Positions 1-11,698 of a DNA stretch of 20,000 bases are shown here, in pieces. The stretch spans positions 48,458 to 68,457 of the forward strand of contig NKIB01012903.1 of assembly GCA_002256025.1 (NCBI GenBank), written 5' to 3'. The notes beneath the pieces were generated by a model, which did no database searches, was not told the DNA's origin, and saw only the letters and a program-made list of their open reading frames with translations. Position numbers and translations under genes: made by a program. Within the stretch, counting starts at the first letter, position 1; every line of letters starts with the position of its first letter. Source of the DNA: Asterionella formosa. Taxonomy: Eukaryota.

Positions 1-830
1 GTTCGATATCCATTTGAAGAAAAGGATTTTTTTGCAATTAAATTGACTGGCATTCTTCTACATGTTGCGCACCTTGCTGCCATAGAGCAAATGAGAGGTG
101 ACTTTCTCCGACTTGGTCCATCATTGCTTAGTGATTTTGAGAAAAATGCTCAATGATCGAACTTATGCTGGTGTAATTTCAGAAAATCGAATGGAGGCCA
201 TCATGGAAAAAATTATTGGGCAAAAGCTCCTTGGGTTGACTGAACGACTAGACCAAGCAGCAACAAGGAATTATGCTGCATCAAACAACCACCCAACAAC
301 TCCAAACAACCAGAAATCATCCTCCCATCTGTTTTTGCATCCTCATGATGGATTTTTCCGGAGAGTTCCAGTTGGATGGCAGTTCCCGCTTTGTGCTGTA
401 GCTGTTGCTTACTGTTTATGGCATATGGGAGATGATAGGAATAAAATTGGTCCATTACAGTTTTTAGACAATCGTGATGTCAGTTTTGAGGCTGTCACAA
501 GGGCGAATGCTTACGGTGCCAATGGTGAGGAGCAAGGTGTTGTCTGGAAAGGATGCAAAAGGGGTATCAAGTATTTAGACAATGAAAAGATTGGATGGCA
601 GAGCAAAAAATCGAGGCTTCCTGCAACCTCCATTTACAAGAGAAAATGTGGTCCTTGTTGCTCTTGAGCAATGCAAAGACTGTCTTGGCATTTCACCTGT
701 GACTGCTCAAGGGAGGAAAAAGACTGTCTTGGCATTTCACCTGTGACTGCTCAAGGGAGGAAGAGACGTGTTGCAAGTCTGAAGTGGAACACTGCTTTTA
801 GACAAATGCCTACAGAGAGAAATGTTGTAA
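1..830 (+). pseudogene. Decayed C-terminal part of a Crypton-type (stramenopile CryptonS-like) tyrosine-recombinase transposon protein; 5' part lies outside the window
   Basis: Frame 1 from base 1 reads VRYPFEEKDFFAIKLTGILLHV; ATT CTT CTA CAT GTT is two C>T changes from the TGIPPHV motif I recall for this family. A frameshift at the A-run near 142-147 enters ORF 98..667 with FRRVPVGWQFPLC..AYCLWHMGD..KIGPLQFL (VP..F.FP....W.LW..G.....P pattern). It ends in RKRRVASLKWNT after a 44-bp duplication. Confidence 0.65.
675..762 (+). repeat. Perfect 44-bp tandem duplication
   Basis: aaagactgtcttggcatttcacctgtgactgctcaagggaggaa at 675-718 and again at 719-762. Confidence 0.97.
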
Positions 831-1246
831 AAAGTTGTGGCACTAATACTGGAAATTGTATTCCATACATTGGTGATACAATGGTTAGTATTGCCATTTT
901 GAAAGATGGTGACGAAGCATCAGCAAACTTGCAAGAAGTCTAAATTTTCATTCGTCACTTTCTATCTGATTAATTAAATAATAACCATATACAAGTACAT
1001 TTGCATATACTTTATCACTAGATTGGTGCTCTACCCTGCTTTATATCATTCAGCCAAATACTAGCTAGGATTAACACTCTGGCTATCTATGGCCATATCA
1101 CCATTGCTTTGTACATAACCGTTAATACAGTATCAGTGTGGTTGTTTCAATACTGCTAGCTATACTACTACAAGATTTGATCGACAATTTATCAGTATAA
1201 AGTACAACTGGTAGTATATTTAGTGCATACCTCATCGACCACTGAT

Positions 1247-1272
1247 GGTACCTGGCACCTGGTACCAGGTAC
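1247..1272. repeat. Palindromic (GGTACCW)-type heptamer run
   Basis: ggtacct ggcacct ggtacca ggtac; includes the perfect 14-bp palindrome acctggtaccaggt (1257-1270). Confidence 0.85.
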
Positions 1273-1400
1273 AAGTAGTGCTAAATCCTGTTCTATATGG
1301 CCATAAAATTTCGTGTACAGGTATACCGAGTATCTTAGATGTACGTGTGTAGTTAGTATGTCGATTCGAAATGATCAACCATAGAGGACTACTTAGCAGA

Positions 1401-1980
1401 CTAACATAAACCCGGTATTTCAAATCTGTGGGGAAAATCATCCACATTTTTCCGTCTAGTTGAGGAAGGTGTAAGTGATGGGACACCAATAGAAGGTGAA
1501 GGAGGGAAGTCTGAGCTACCATTTTTTGAACTATATACTTGGGTTCTACTCCCAGCAGATTGAGATGCAATGTCACCTAGTTTTGAAAGTAAGGTGGATG
1601 ACATCAGCCAGTCGACTCTCTTCTTGAAGGAGTTTGGACTTCTGACTAATAGTATTATTGGTGGAAGCAGGAGTGACAAGTATGCAGAATGATGATTGAG
1701 AGTCAAGAAATTCCTCAAATGTGGTGCTTGAAGAAGTTTTCAACAAATAACAAGTTGATGAACCAACAGAAATGATGCAGGATGTGCATCAAAGATGTAG
1801 GAGGGAGGAAGCAATTCTGTCAGTATTGTAGTCTTTCTGTTACACCAAAAACTATTTGTTCTTTGGTAGGAATGCAAAGTTGAAATTAGGTCTGTAAGGT
1901 GGCTAAAAGTGCTATAAGGGTTGTGCAGGATAGAGTAAGAAAGGTGGAGTATTGTTGCTTGGCAAAGCGTTGTTTGCCAT
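1401..1980 (-). pseudogene. Decayed low-complexity Pro/Ser-rich ORF of unknown family
   Basis: From ATG at 1980: MANNALPSNNTPPFLLYPAQPL*HF*PPYRPNFNFAFLPKNK*FLV*QKDYNTDRIASSLLHL*CTS..., protein-like if the stops are read as Q/R. It then plausibly shifts into the Ser-rich tail of ORF 1401..1718. No recognisable domain. Confidence 0.35.
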
Positions 1981-2366
1981 ATTGCAAATTGACAAAATGT
2001 ATGAGGTTTATATTCCAGATAGAACAGTGCCACAGATTAGATTGCCAATCAATTGATATCTGCTGATAATCACACTGGTGGTCATACACAGCTAGTATGT
2101 ATTTAGGCTATTATTACACAAATACACGATTTCATATTACCCGGTACAGTAGTTACATTTATTTTTCAAAAAAGTATTTTTCATTAGCTATACATTGATT
2201 GTTTTCACTTCATTTCGAGTATATGTACATTAATCATATACATACCTACCAGTTATAGACTTGGTCCTCTATTTACTGTAATATAGTGCAATAGTATATG
2301 TACTCGTGGTGACTCCATCATATTAAATACTCCAAATATATGCAATGGTCTATTCCCCACACAGAC

Positions 2367-2415
2367 GTACCCTGGTACCAGGTACCAGTAGATAGGAGCA
2401 ATGGTACCTGGTACC
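2367..2415. repeat. Palindromic (GGTACCW)-type heptamer runs
   Basis: gtaccctggtaccaggtaccagta (2367-2390) and ggtacctggtacc (2403-2415). Confidence 0.85.
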
Positions 2416-3181
2416 GAATTCTTCTGATGCATACCGGCCGGAAACGTAGACGTAAAAAATTGAACTCCCAGTTAAACCCGTAGTGGAAGCTTTGCTAAAA
2501 CTATAGATTTAGCTATCTTTATCTTAGATTAAAATGTTAGTTAGCTAAGCAAAATGACCGCAACTTGGAGGTACCTGGTGATGACAGATACAACCGCAAA
2601 AAGCATGATAACAAGTAAAGCGAGATGAAAAAGGTAGTATAATGGGAGGAAAGATAATCATGGTTTGGGTGAAAAATATATTCGTCATGTACAGATTCAA
2701 CAATCTTAATGGTAGTCATCCGGAATTTTAAATACAACTGGAGTTCACTTTCATCGTTATTCATTTAAATAATTTCAATCAACTATCATTTTTTCTCACG
2801 TTAGGGTCATTGAATTTCCTTCCCTTTGTCCTAGTAACATATAATCTATAACTGTAGTAGACATGGACCCAACAACGCTCTAGGAGCAGTCACGTCATCT
2901 GTTTCTTGTATCTTTCGCTTGCTCAAGGCAAAAGGAAACAGTAGATAAAGGGGGCAAAAGTCCCGACCACTTTTCTCACGAAATAAATTCGAGTACGTGC
3001 CAACTGACCAAGTTCATTGCCAAACGAGTGTCGATTGTTACTTGATACCTCAGACCAGGTATCTAGTTTAAAATGCCCAACCGTGGCAATCTTTGTCCAG
3101 CTTCCAAAATAAAATTAAAACCTCAGAGGGTTTGATTTCTAATCATGCCTTCATCTTCATCCCCCTCTCTTGGATATTTCT

Positions 3182-3922
3182 TCACAAGGGGGCCGAAAAC
3201 TTCTAAAAATGCGGAAAGCTTTGTTTTACGTCCGTATAATGTCCATCATTCACAAATGTGGATTTCCTCCTCTAGCCCTTTCTTCCTTCCTCCAACGATT
3301 ATTTGCTTCAGCAACTTGAGGTTTGACTCTTTAATTTCTAGCATGAGTAGCAACTCCTCGACGACAAGATCTTCTTATTCCATAATCTTCTCTAACATCA
3401 ACCTCTGCATCCATCAGTCCAGGATAAGACTCCATCACAACTTCCAAACATTGTTAAATCCTTCAGCATAGTTCCGAATTGTAATCACGTCTTTCTTTGG
3501 CCCTTGCAATTTTGTCAATCGGCTAAACCAATCGCCTGGGTGCAGCCCAGTCGCAGTGACATTAACAAATGGCATAAGATGATACACCTCACCTCTTATT
3601 CCTTTGAAACGCCCCCACATGGCAACAACGATATGATGAGGTATCTTGTTTGTGCTCCCGGGATTATGCATCATGTTTTAAGCAACCTCCCGAATCAATC
3701 AACATGAGCTCTTCTCCTGGCAATCCAGTGCAAAATCCCACGATACATATAAAGCCTAATTCTGCCACTTGGCGACGGCTCGAGACAGTAATGCAGTTTC
3801 TCTAATCAAGTTCCAACAAGTTCTGAACAGCATGCCGTACTTCTATTGATGTAGCAGTATCTTGAACAAGAAGGTCCCCCACCCTTTTATGAAATCCGAC
3901 CATAAATCGATCATACCACATG
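3182..3922 (-). pseudogene. Tyrosine recombinase remnant of a DIRS-like (YR) retroelement
   Basis: Minus strand reads WYDRFMVGFHKRVGDLLVQD...GFCTGLPGEE (GLRGEE with the catalytic Arg changed to Pro)...HIVVAMWGRFKGIRGEVYHLMP. After a frameshift it reads DVREDYGIRRSCRRGVATHARN*...NNRWRKEERARG, and after another (H)YTDV...FSAPL, with the stop at 3182-3184. The R, RSxRRG, W and Y motifs occur in YR order, with several stops. Confidence 0.85.
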
Positions 3923-3937
3923 TTTTCGGAAAAGAAG

Positions 3938-6057
3938 ATGAACAAACTTATGAAATCAATCGAAGAATCCTTTGAATACACTCAAATAACAAATGAATTT
4001 GAACAGACTCATAATACTCCAGAAAAAATAATGAAGCAAGTATGCCGATACAATAATGGCAGAGATTGAAAAGAAGGAAAGATTGTTGCTTTCAAAGGCA
4101 AGAGGAAACCCAAACAGTTGTTCTTCGCGGATGAAGACTCTATTCCTACAGAGTCAGCCACAGTTCCATCCAGTGTCGTATTTTGCTCCTCATTCTCCTG
4201 AAATTGCTGATAATGAAGAAGAAATCAGTGATTCTCATTCATTTGATGAACAAAATCATGCGATGAATGAATATATCGGTGGAAATGTGGCAGACATCAC
4301 TTCAGAAGTAGAAATGGCTGGTTGAAAGGTTGCAAAACCAAGAAATATTTCTCACTATTCGTCCAGAACATCAAGATGAACATCATGAAAGCAGAGCAGA
4401 GAAACTATTGCATTTTTATAAAAATGATATTGAAGAAAAAGTCCGAGCTAGATCAAGACCTCGAATTCAAGAAGATCAATGCAGACAGAGATGTGATGCT
4501 GGCTAAGGCAGTTGATGCGCGCACTGAGTAGGGAACGAAGTTTGAAGAAAAAATTCAATCTTTTTCCAAATCATACATGGAAGAAAAAGATTAGGATTTC
4601 TTTGTAAAATCATCGAGAACAATCCCGAAGGCAGCTACCTACTTTTGTGAAGAGTCAGCATGTGAAATGTGTAGAGTTATTATATCAAAGCAAACTGCAT
4701 TTTCCATGAGTTTGCCGAAAACGCATGGACAACTAAAATTGTGGAAAGATTTGTTCACACGTACCCCACAAGAAATATGCAATTACGCCTCTGTATTTTA
4801 TGGAGTCAAAAAGGTATCAAAAACTCATCTTCAGATTTTAAAGATCTTGCATATTGGGACCTTGAAACAATTACCTCGCTCTATGATCCATTATATAATT
4901 CATGAACTTCATCCAACTGATGTAAAGGGTATATTTGATCTGGATGAGAACCCAGAAGAGGGTAATGACAACCCGCATATATACCAAGGTGATTGTCATC
5001 CACTTCATCATGACAGTAACTATGTGCTAATTGTTTATTGCAAAAGATCAGATGAGGAGCGAGGAAAACAACCATTTTGTGCATTATCTTTTTGCTATAA
5101 ATGATGGATTATGTCAGGTCCGTGATCCAGGAAAAGATGCAAATTTGGATGAACATTATAATCAAGTATTTCACCTTGCCCGTAAGTACTGCATCATCCC
5201 TGGATGAACGATACAATTGGAAATGTTATGCAAAGATGCAGGATATCTTCCACAAGAATCCCATACACCTGAAGAAATTGGTTTATCGGAATCGTTCTAT
5301 ACTGGAACCAAAGCACCATTGCAGAGCAATCATTATGGCCACTGAACATGATTCCATGTTATTTCAACCAGAAGATGATAGTGGATGGTTATGTGGACCA
5401 TTAACAATTGTGAAAGTATTGGAAACTCTATTGCAACTAGAAAGGAATGGCAAAACCAAATTTCTTGGCAACCGGGCTCAATTACGTTTTGAGACGGAGT
5501 CCTGGACGTTTCAAAACGACACTAGGCAGGTGGTAGCAACTGATCGAACAGACGATTTGGTATCTGTTACATCTGACCCACCAACCAAGTCAACATGCTT
5601 TCATCTTGGATCAGTTTGGCCTCAAGTGACAACGACAAACATTCGTGAGGATGTGTTTTAGTTAGGAATAACTGTTCTTCAATTTTGTATCGACAAAATT
5701 TTGAGCTCCTATTTAGATTTAAAAATGTTGAACGAAGTATTTAGACTACTTCCTTGCAATTCATCTTTTAAGAAGGATGCTGATGTTGTCAACGTGAAAT
5801 CCATGATCCAACAAATGAATGAAAAAGTTGCTCCCATAAAATGGTAAAACCATCTACCTCTTGGCCAAATTTCTGGATGCATCAAAATTGACAAAAAGTT
5901 GAAAAAATATTTTGTAACTAATGATAGCCCTTCTGGAATCAAATTGAAAAAGTTTACAGACTCATATCGAACTGCAGTTGAAAAGTTGAGACGAAAATTT
6001 TCGGACGAAAAAAGAAGGACTATCTTAGGTTCTTTGGGAGTGAAAAAGAACAAATAA
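3938..6057 (+). pseudogene. Long decayed ORF with a Ulp1/SENP-like (peptidase C48) cysteine protease domain
   Basis: ORFs 4056, 4322, 4667 and 5101 plus read-through to TAA 6055-6057 form one broken gene. Frame 3 at 5061-5130, absent from the ORF track, gives EENNHFVHYLFAINDGLCQVRDP (His 5073, Asp 5124). Frame 1 gives FQPEDDSGWLCGP (Gln 5365, Cys 5392). The H-D-Q-C order matches C48 proteases. Confidence 0.6.
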
Positions 6058-6188
6058 TGGACGTACCATTGGGATCATCCAAACTCATCATTCCTCAGGA
6101 CATTTTTCGTTTGTGAAAACCTTCTAATAGCTTAACTAGTATGTGAAACTATATTATCACTATTATTTATATTATTCTTGTGTATTTA

Positions 6189-9130
6189 TCAACGTTCGCT
6201 TGTTAGTTTTTGGTCCCACCCGATTGATTTCCAGAAATGACGTGGAGGCATGGCAACATAAAAATTATCTTTCCGTATCTGTTCCAAAACTTCTTGCGGT
6301 TTCAGAGATTTCCTTGGCTTGATTCCTGTGGTTTCAAAGCAGGAACAACAAATGCTGCCGAAAGTATGTTATAATTCAACAACGCTCAATTCAGTTGTAT
6401 CATTGCATAAGGTGTCTCCTCTTGCAAAAAACATTCGTTTATGAATTTTCATTTCAGTTGAACTTTTCAAGGAACGAATACACGCTAAGAGAATGGTTGT
6501 TGTGTTGGAGAAAATAAGCAACATTTCCCCAAAGAAGTAGTTTTGCCGGAACTAAGTAGGAACTTGATCCATCTCCTTTCTCCCAGCTCACATCAACCCA
6601 GTCAAACCATTCACGACCAGAGATGCATTCCTGCATTTGAATCATTATTCCATTTCGGATGGCATCTGAAAATAGTAGTTTGGCCGGGAACGTTACTTTC
6701 AATTTTAACATGATAATAAAAGTCAATCCTTACGATGGAAACAGCACCAGGCCCAACCCCATCTTCAAGAATTTTTATTCTTGCTATTTCTATTGCTGAA
6801 TTTGCAATGCTCTTTACTTAGTTGGCCCCCTTCGGTTAATCAGGATGAACGAATTGAGACCACAAGAAGGGTGCATCCTTACTCCGTGATACATGCCCAA
6901 TCTTATTAGGGACACCTGCTGCCTGCTATAGTCCATAGACCATTTGATGATGAAGCAGAGAATTGAACTTTAACATGAAGGGATAGTGAATGGATCTTGG
7001 TGGGCGATATTCCCAAATTATCAGGCGACATACTAGGCAACATCCTTATATCCGGAATCATTCCTTCGAAATCAATTTCTTTTGAAATACCCTCAGTTAC
7101 ATTCATATGTCTGTACTAATTTAATCATCTTCTTTTGTTTGTTTTTTGTATGTAATGTATCACTTGCAAAAACAATTTTTCGTGCCAAGGAAAACTGCCT
7201 TGTTTCACATGACCTTTTTAAAATGTCATGCTTTAATCGATGTAATTGTCCACTGACTCGCTTACTGGGTCGCTCGTTTCAATTTGTCTTTCAAAAAAGA
7301 ATCCAAATAGTATCCATCAAAGAAATTAAGAGGAGATCCGAGCGAACATAACCATAACAGCAATGTGAAATCCTTTTCTAGGTGCATGTTCTCTGAACCC
7401 ATCATTCCACCCGTGTGTCCTTTTTGGTCTTTGTCCGTTTCTTCGGTTGCTCTTGATCAAAAAAAGCAGTGTCTGTTGTTTCAGTGATTTGTTTCTGATC
7501 AGAGATGTTCTTTGAAATATTTGGAGATTTTCTTTCTTTCATTAGATTGTGAGACATTGGGAGACACAATACTCAGGTGGGATACATGGCAATTTTCCAT
7601 CGGGATATGTATTTTTGTCAAGAAATTTGTTAAAAACTTTTTAACACATGACACTTTACAACGTTCACATCCAATATCAGGATTATCAGCATCTTCAGTT
7701 GAAACCAGGCAATCACGACAAACATACGGTCGATAAAATCCATTACCACCCCTGAAACCACAAATTTTGTTGTGCTCTTCTGTATCAACAATGATCATTC
7801 CAATCTGGAAATAAACTTTGTCATACCAAGACCATGAACCCAAATATCGTATGACTTGTTTGGATCTTCGAAAGGCGACAATAGAAATCCTGTAACAGAA
7901 TGGTATAATTTGAGTCGACATAAGGACAAGTCGTCACCAGATAACATATCATTCATTTGTTTCTCCAGATCACTGACTTCAATCTGGGGGTCTGGCAAAA
8001 GACATACCAATTGCCATCCATCAACTTTTTCCCTTCGTCCTTCTAACGTTAATTTTTACATTGTCAACAAAAACGGAGGCTTGGAATGTTTCATTTGTTT
8101 ATGAATAGGTGAACCATCACTGAAAACTGCTAGGGCAACAAATAAACACCCTGTCTTCAACACTCCATTTTCTGATGCAGGAGAATTGTTGAATGCTTTA
8201 TCAAACCAAGTCGCGGAAGTTACTTCGTCATATATGCGTTCTTCACAAGTTGTAAGTTGCACTTGTGGGTGACATACAAAATGTTGCATGATATCGGAAT
8301 CATGTAGCAATCCTGCCATGAGCTGTACTGGTTCGAAATAATGGAGTGTGCGTTGGATGATCATGCTTGAATTGTTATCAATCTGTATTGTTTGTTTGGT
8401 CAACAGTTGACCACCAGCTAATGTTGGTGGAAATGAAATATCCATGCGTTTTTTCAAAGTCTGGTAGGATGGAGCTTGATACCACCTTCCATCAAAATAT
8501 TTCATTGCTTTTGCCTTGAACAGCCATTTTATTAGATGATCAAAGTAAACTGGTCGAAGGTAATTCTTGTTAAGAAATCACATGAGTTCTAATTCGATTG
8601 GATGCGCGCATGTTCAGGGAATGTTTATTTGGAAGTTGAAATTGAGAAGGAAGGGGCATTTCCATTGCATTTTCAGGGAGAAAGCCGGTGTGATCTTGGA
8701 AATCTGAATATTGCTTGGTTTCTGAAGTCAATCCTTGGAGAGTTTTTAGTCTCAATTGTTTGTCTTGTTGTCACTGAATATTGTTATAAACTGAATCATC
8801 TCTGTCGTCATGAAATGGATGATTGTGGCCACTTGATTCAAGGATAGGACACATAATCTCTTCTTGTTGTCTACTCTCCCTAAATGCTGCAGCAGTTACA
8901 CTGCCATTCACCTCTTTCCTTGAATTATTCGATGCACTACCGCAATACATAGTTTCATTATGTATTCCAGGAACTCGATGTTCTTGCATGCGATGTTGAC
9001 AGTGACCATATGCATAGAAAACACGCTTGCTACAATTTCGGTTGTGAGACTCAGCCAGATGAGGATTTGTTCTTCCGAATTTTGTAGTTACACAGATAAC
9101 ACCATTGCAATTACACATTGCAAATTTCAA
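6189..9130 (-). pseudogene. Plavaka-type (CACTA/EnSpm-related) transposase pseudogene
   Basis: Motifs in order across the fragments: C2H2-like CSKRVFYAYGHCQHRMQEH; RIYDEVTSATWF; ALAVFSDGSPI; PFLLTM; GWQLVCLLP; IIVDTEEHNKICG...CRDC; GSPLNFFDGYYLDSFLKDKLKRATQ; GREWFDWVDVSW...PAKLL; AAFVVP; MPPRHFW; stop at 6189-6191. Many stops and frameshifts. Confidence 0.8.
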
Positions 9131-9417
9131 ATGATGACAAAGTCAGGATATGAACAGGATAGAATGAAAATGAATTATTAATAATAAATATAGCATCACT
9201 CCGATCATGCTGTGCTGGACAATACAGAGTCGTGAAATTATCACTCCACCATAGTAGTAAAAATGGATGTGTACCGCTACATACAATACAGGCGCTACTA
9301 CTAGTAGTATAGAGCAACATCAATGTTTTCCTAACATCTATGATATGGTTTGTGCTTTGTAGAAGTCTCACACTAACTATATTTATTATGTCACTACTAA
9401 GCATGCATTGGATTCTA

Positions 9418-11286
9418 TTAGATCCATTCAAAATCAACGTTGTAATCAATGTCCCATTGATTAATGCGTTCATTGTAATCAATATTCTTCTCAGGAACAT
9501 TTGGTTGAAGTGGTTCAACATATTGATGCATATCCTCTTCACTTACATTGGGAAATGAGAAGTATGAGTGTGGGTAGATGATATTTGTTGTGGAAGTAGC
9601 GATTTCACAAAGATTCCTTCCATATTCAGATCGATTCTTTTGTGAAAGTCCTGTGTCGATTTCCTTATATTAACCGAGTAAATCAATATCATCAGTCCAT
9701 TGATCAGTGAGACCATTTGAAACTGAACTTTCTTCCCTCTCACTTTTTTGATAAGTGGTTTCCCACCAATGTCGACAAAATCAGTAGAATGACGAATATC
9801 GTTCTCTGAAACTTCCTGCATATCTGGATTGAAACCCAAATATTTTGGTTGCAAACGGAATTTTCCTTTCAGCACCAAGAAGCAAAAGGCTTCTGTACTG
9901 GCATTGATCAGCAAACCAACATAACGTGATTGCAATTCACATTGTGCCCAAAGACTTAGTTGAAATTTGGTAATACCAGATTTGTTTCCTGTTAAAAATG
10001 TTTCTCCATGGCTTGCTTGTCCTGCCTATAAAATACACTGGAGCAAGAACATCACGCCAGACTTGGTATCCTTGGCTTCCCCTGTCAACGTCCTTTGACT
10101 GCGAGTCATCAATATCCACTGTCTGGAAGTTAGCTATATTCTGTTAGACCAGCTGGTGTGTCATGAATTATGTTAGCATTTTTAAATTCAAAAATATTTG
10201 ATAAGAATATAGTCGCCGACTCAAAACATCATGCTTTCAGAGCATCTCCCACCCTGCAAGAACTTACCTAAGACTCCTTTAAATTGATTAATCAATACAT
10301 TCTGACATTCGCTCATCTTTTTAATGCACATGCCACCAAATGTTGATTTGATGTAATCTAAACATGCCTTGTTGGTTTGTTCAATGGTCTGATTCATCGG
10401 AAGTAGCTAGTGCATCAGAACCATTCCATATGAAATCGGCAAGCTCTGGGTCATTCTCCAATTCTTTGCCTAACCCCGGTTTCACTGTGTATAGCCGAGT
10501 TAGGCGACATTGGGCAAACCAATCCTGTTTGTGATTGGAAATGCCTTTCATACTACTCGGACCAGATAGGCAGGGCGGGATGTTTGATTCTCTTTCGGAC
10601 CAGAAAAAAGCACATTTGAATGATATTCTGCCTGTTTTACAATACCTGCAATTCACGAACTATAACCTCAAACTTACATGTTCACAGCAAAACTTCTTGG
10701 TCTTGAAAATAAAACTCACAAACTTTGTAACAATTGATGGTTCACTTTTAGCTAAGAAGCGGGAACGACGTTCTGATAAGGCTGCTGAAATTGAAGATTC
10801 TTGATAACCTCGTATGGACGAGTTTTGAAACGAATTACGACCTTTGCAGTGATTGAGTTCATTGATCAATTGATAATATCCTTTGGCAAGTGCAAAATTT
10901 TTTTCCCTCAGTTTTTCATGTACTTGTTGGTCCGTGCGATTAGAAAATTTGTGATATGGTACAATGTCGTCCATCTGCATCTGGGAGTTATTAATGATAT
11001 CATTGACAGGAGCCATTTTTCTTGTATCAACCACTGAAAAAGAAACTTCATCATCGCTTTCAGTATCAATTACGGGACCCTTTGATCTAGTAGCTGATGG
11101 TGTCCCCATCGACAATGGGGTAGTACCCCCACTAACTCCCTGTCGCCGATTGGGTTCCTTTGGATAAGTGCCTATTCGCTTTTTCTTTATTAACTCATTT
11201 TGGTACTTGCTTCGTTGTTCCACACCGGCAGTATTTGCCACATGTTGATTGTTTCCATGAACCTCTTTATGGTTTTTTGATGACAT
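9418..11286 (-). pseudogene. Intron-containing accessory gene upstream of, and co-oriented with, the Plavaka-type transposase
   Basis: Disordered N-terminus (ORF 10660..11286), then a helical segment CIKKMSECQNVLINQFKGVL, then INASTEAFCFLVLKG, which resembles the 'SDEAFxLLxLEN' motif I recall from transposon accessory ORFs. The acidic tail ends ...YNVDFEWI* at 9418-9420. GTAAGT donors at 10677 and 10267. Confidence 0.55.
10119..10267 (-). other. Predicted 149-nt spliceosomal intron (phase 1)
   Basis: TTAG|GTAAGTT donor, GCTAAC branch-like site and TTCCAGACAG| acceptor. Splicing joins ...FKGVL to VDIDDSQSKD... (ORF 9937..10119) in frame. Confidence 0.65.
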
Positions 11287-11497
11287 TGTACTACTAGACT
11301 AGATAACTGTTGTCATTGTCTTCCTTAAAGTTTGATGATCTTAAAATCAGGCGTTGCTAGCTACAATGAAATGAATCATCAACCACTAGTACATATAATA
11401 TTTTACGCTGTCTAGATATGATACCACAAAACCAACGGTGCTATTTACATTATCATATACAATATCAGAATCGAGTTTGAGTAATAGCATATCTTGT

Positions 11498-11698
11498 TTT
11501 CAATTATACGATTATACGATCCTGAAACTATGATGCTTTACTGTCCCACTGTGGTAGCAACAGTCTTGAACATATGGTGTTCTTTTGCTCTCTTACTTCT
11601 CCAACTACCCTCTTTCAATTTTACGATCATACGATCCTAAAACTATGATGATTTACTGTCCCGCTGCAGTAGTAACAGTCATGAACATATGGTGTTCT
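11498..11698 (+). repeat. Diverged direct repeat, 2 x 86 bp, period 115 bp
   Basis: 11498-11583 and 11613-11698 align without gaps, 9 mismatches in 86 by manual count. Confidence 0.93.

Noticed and set aside
5709..6053. Minus-strand 114-aa ORF, and similar antisense ORFs at 3145, 7082, 7512, 9340 and 10535
   Set aside because: They are antisense shadows of decayed genes or motif-less chance ORFs; the recognisable motifs lie on the opposite strand.
11498..11698. CRISPR-like repeat-spacer structure (also considered for 675-762)
   Set aside because: Only two units each, wrong lengths or no spacer, eukaryotic context and no cas genes.
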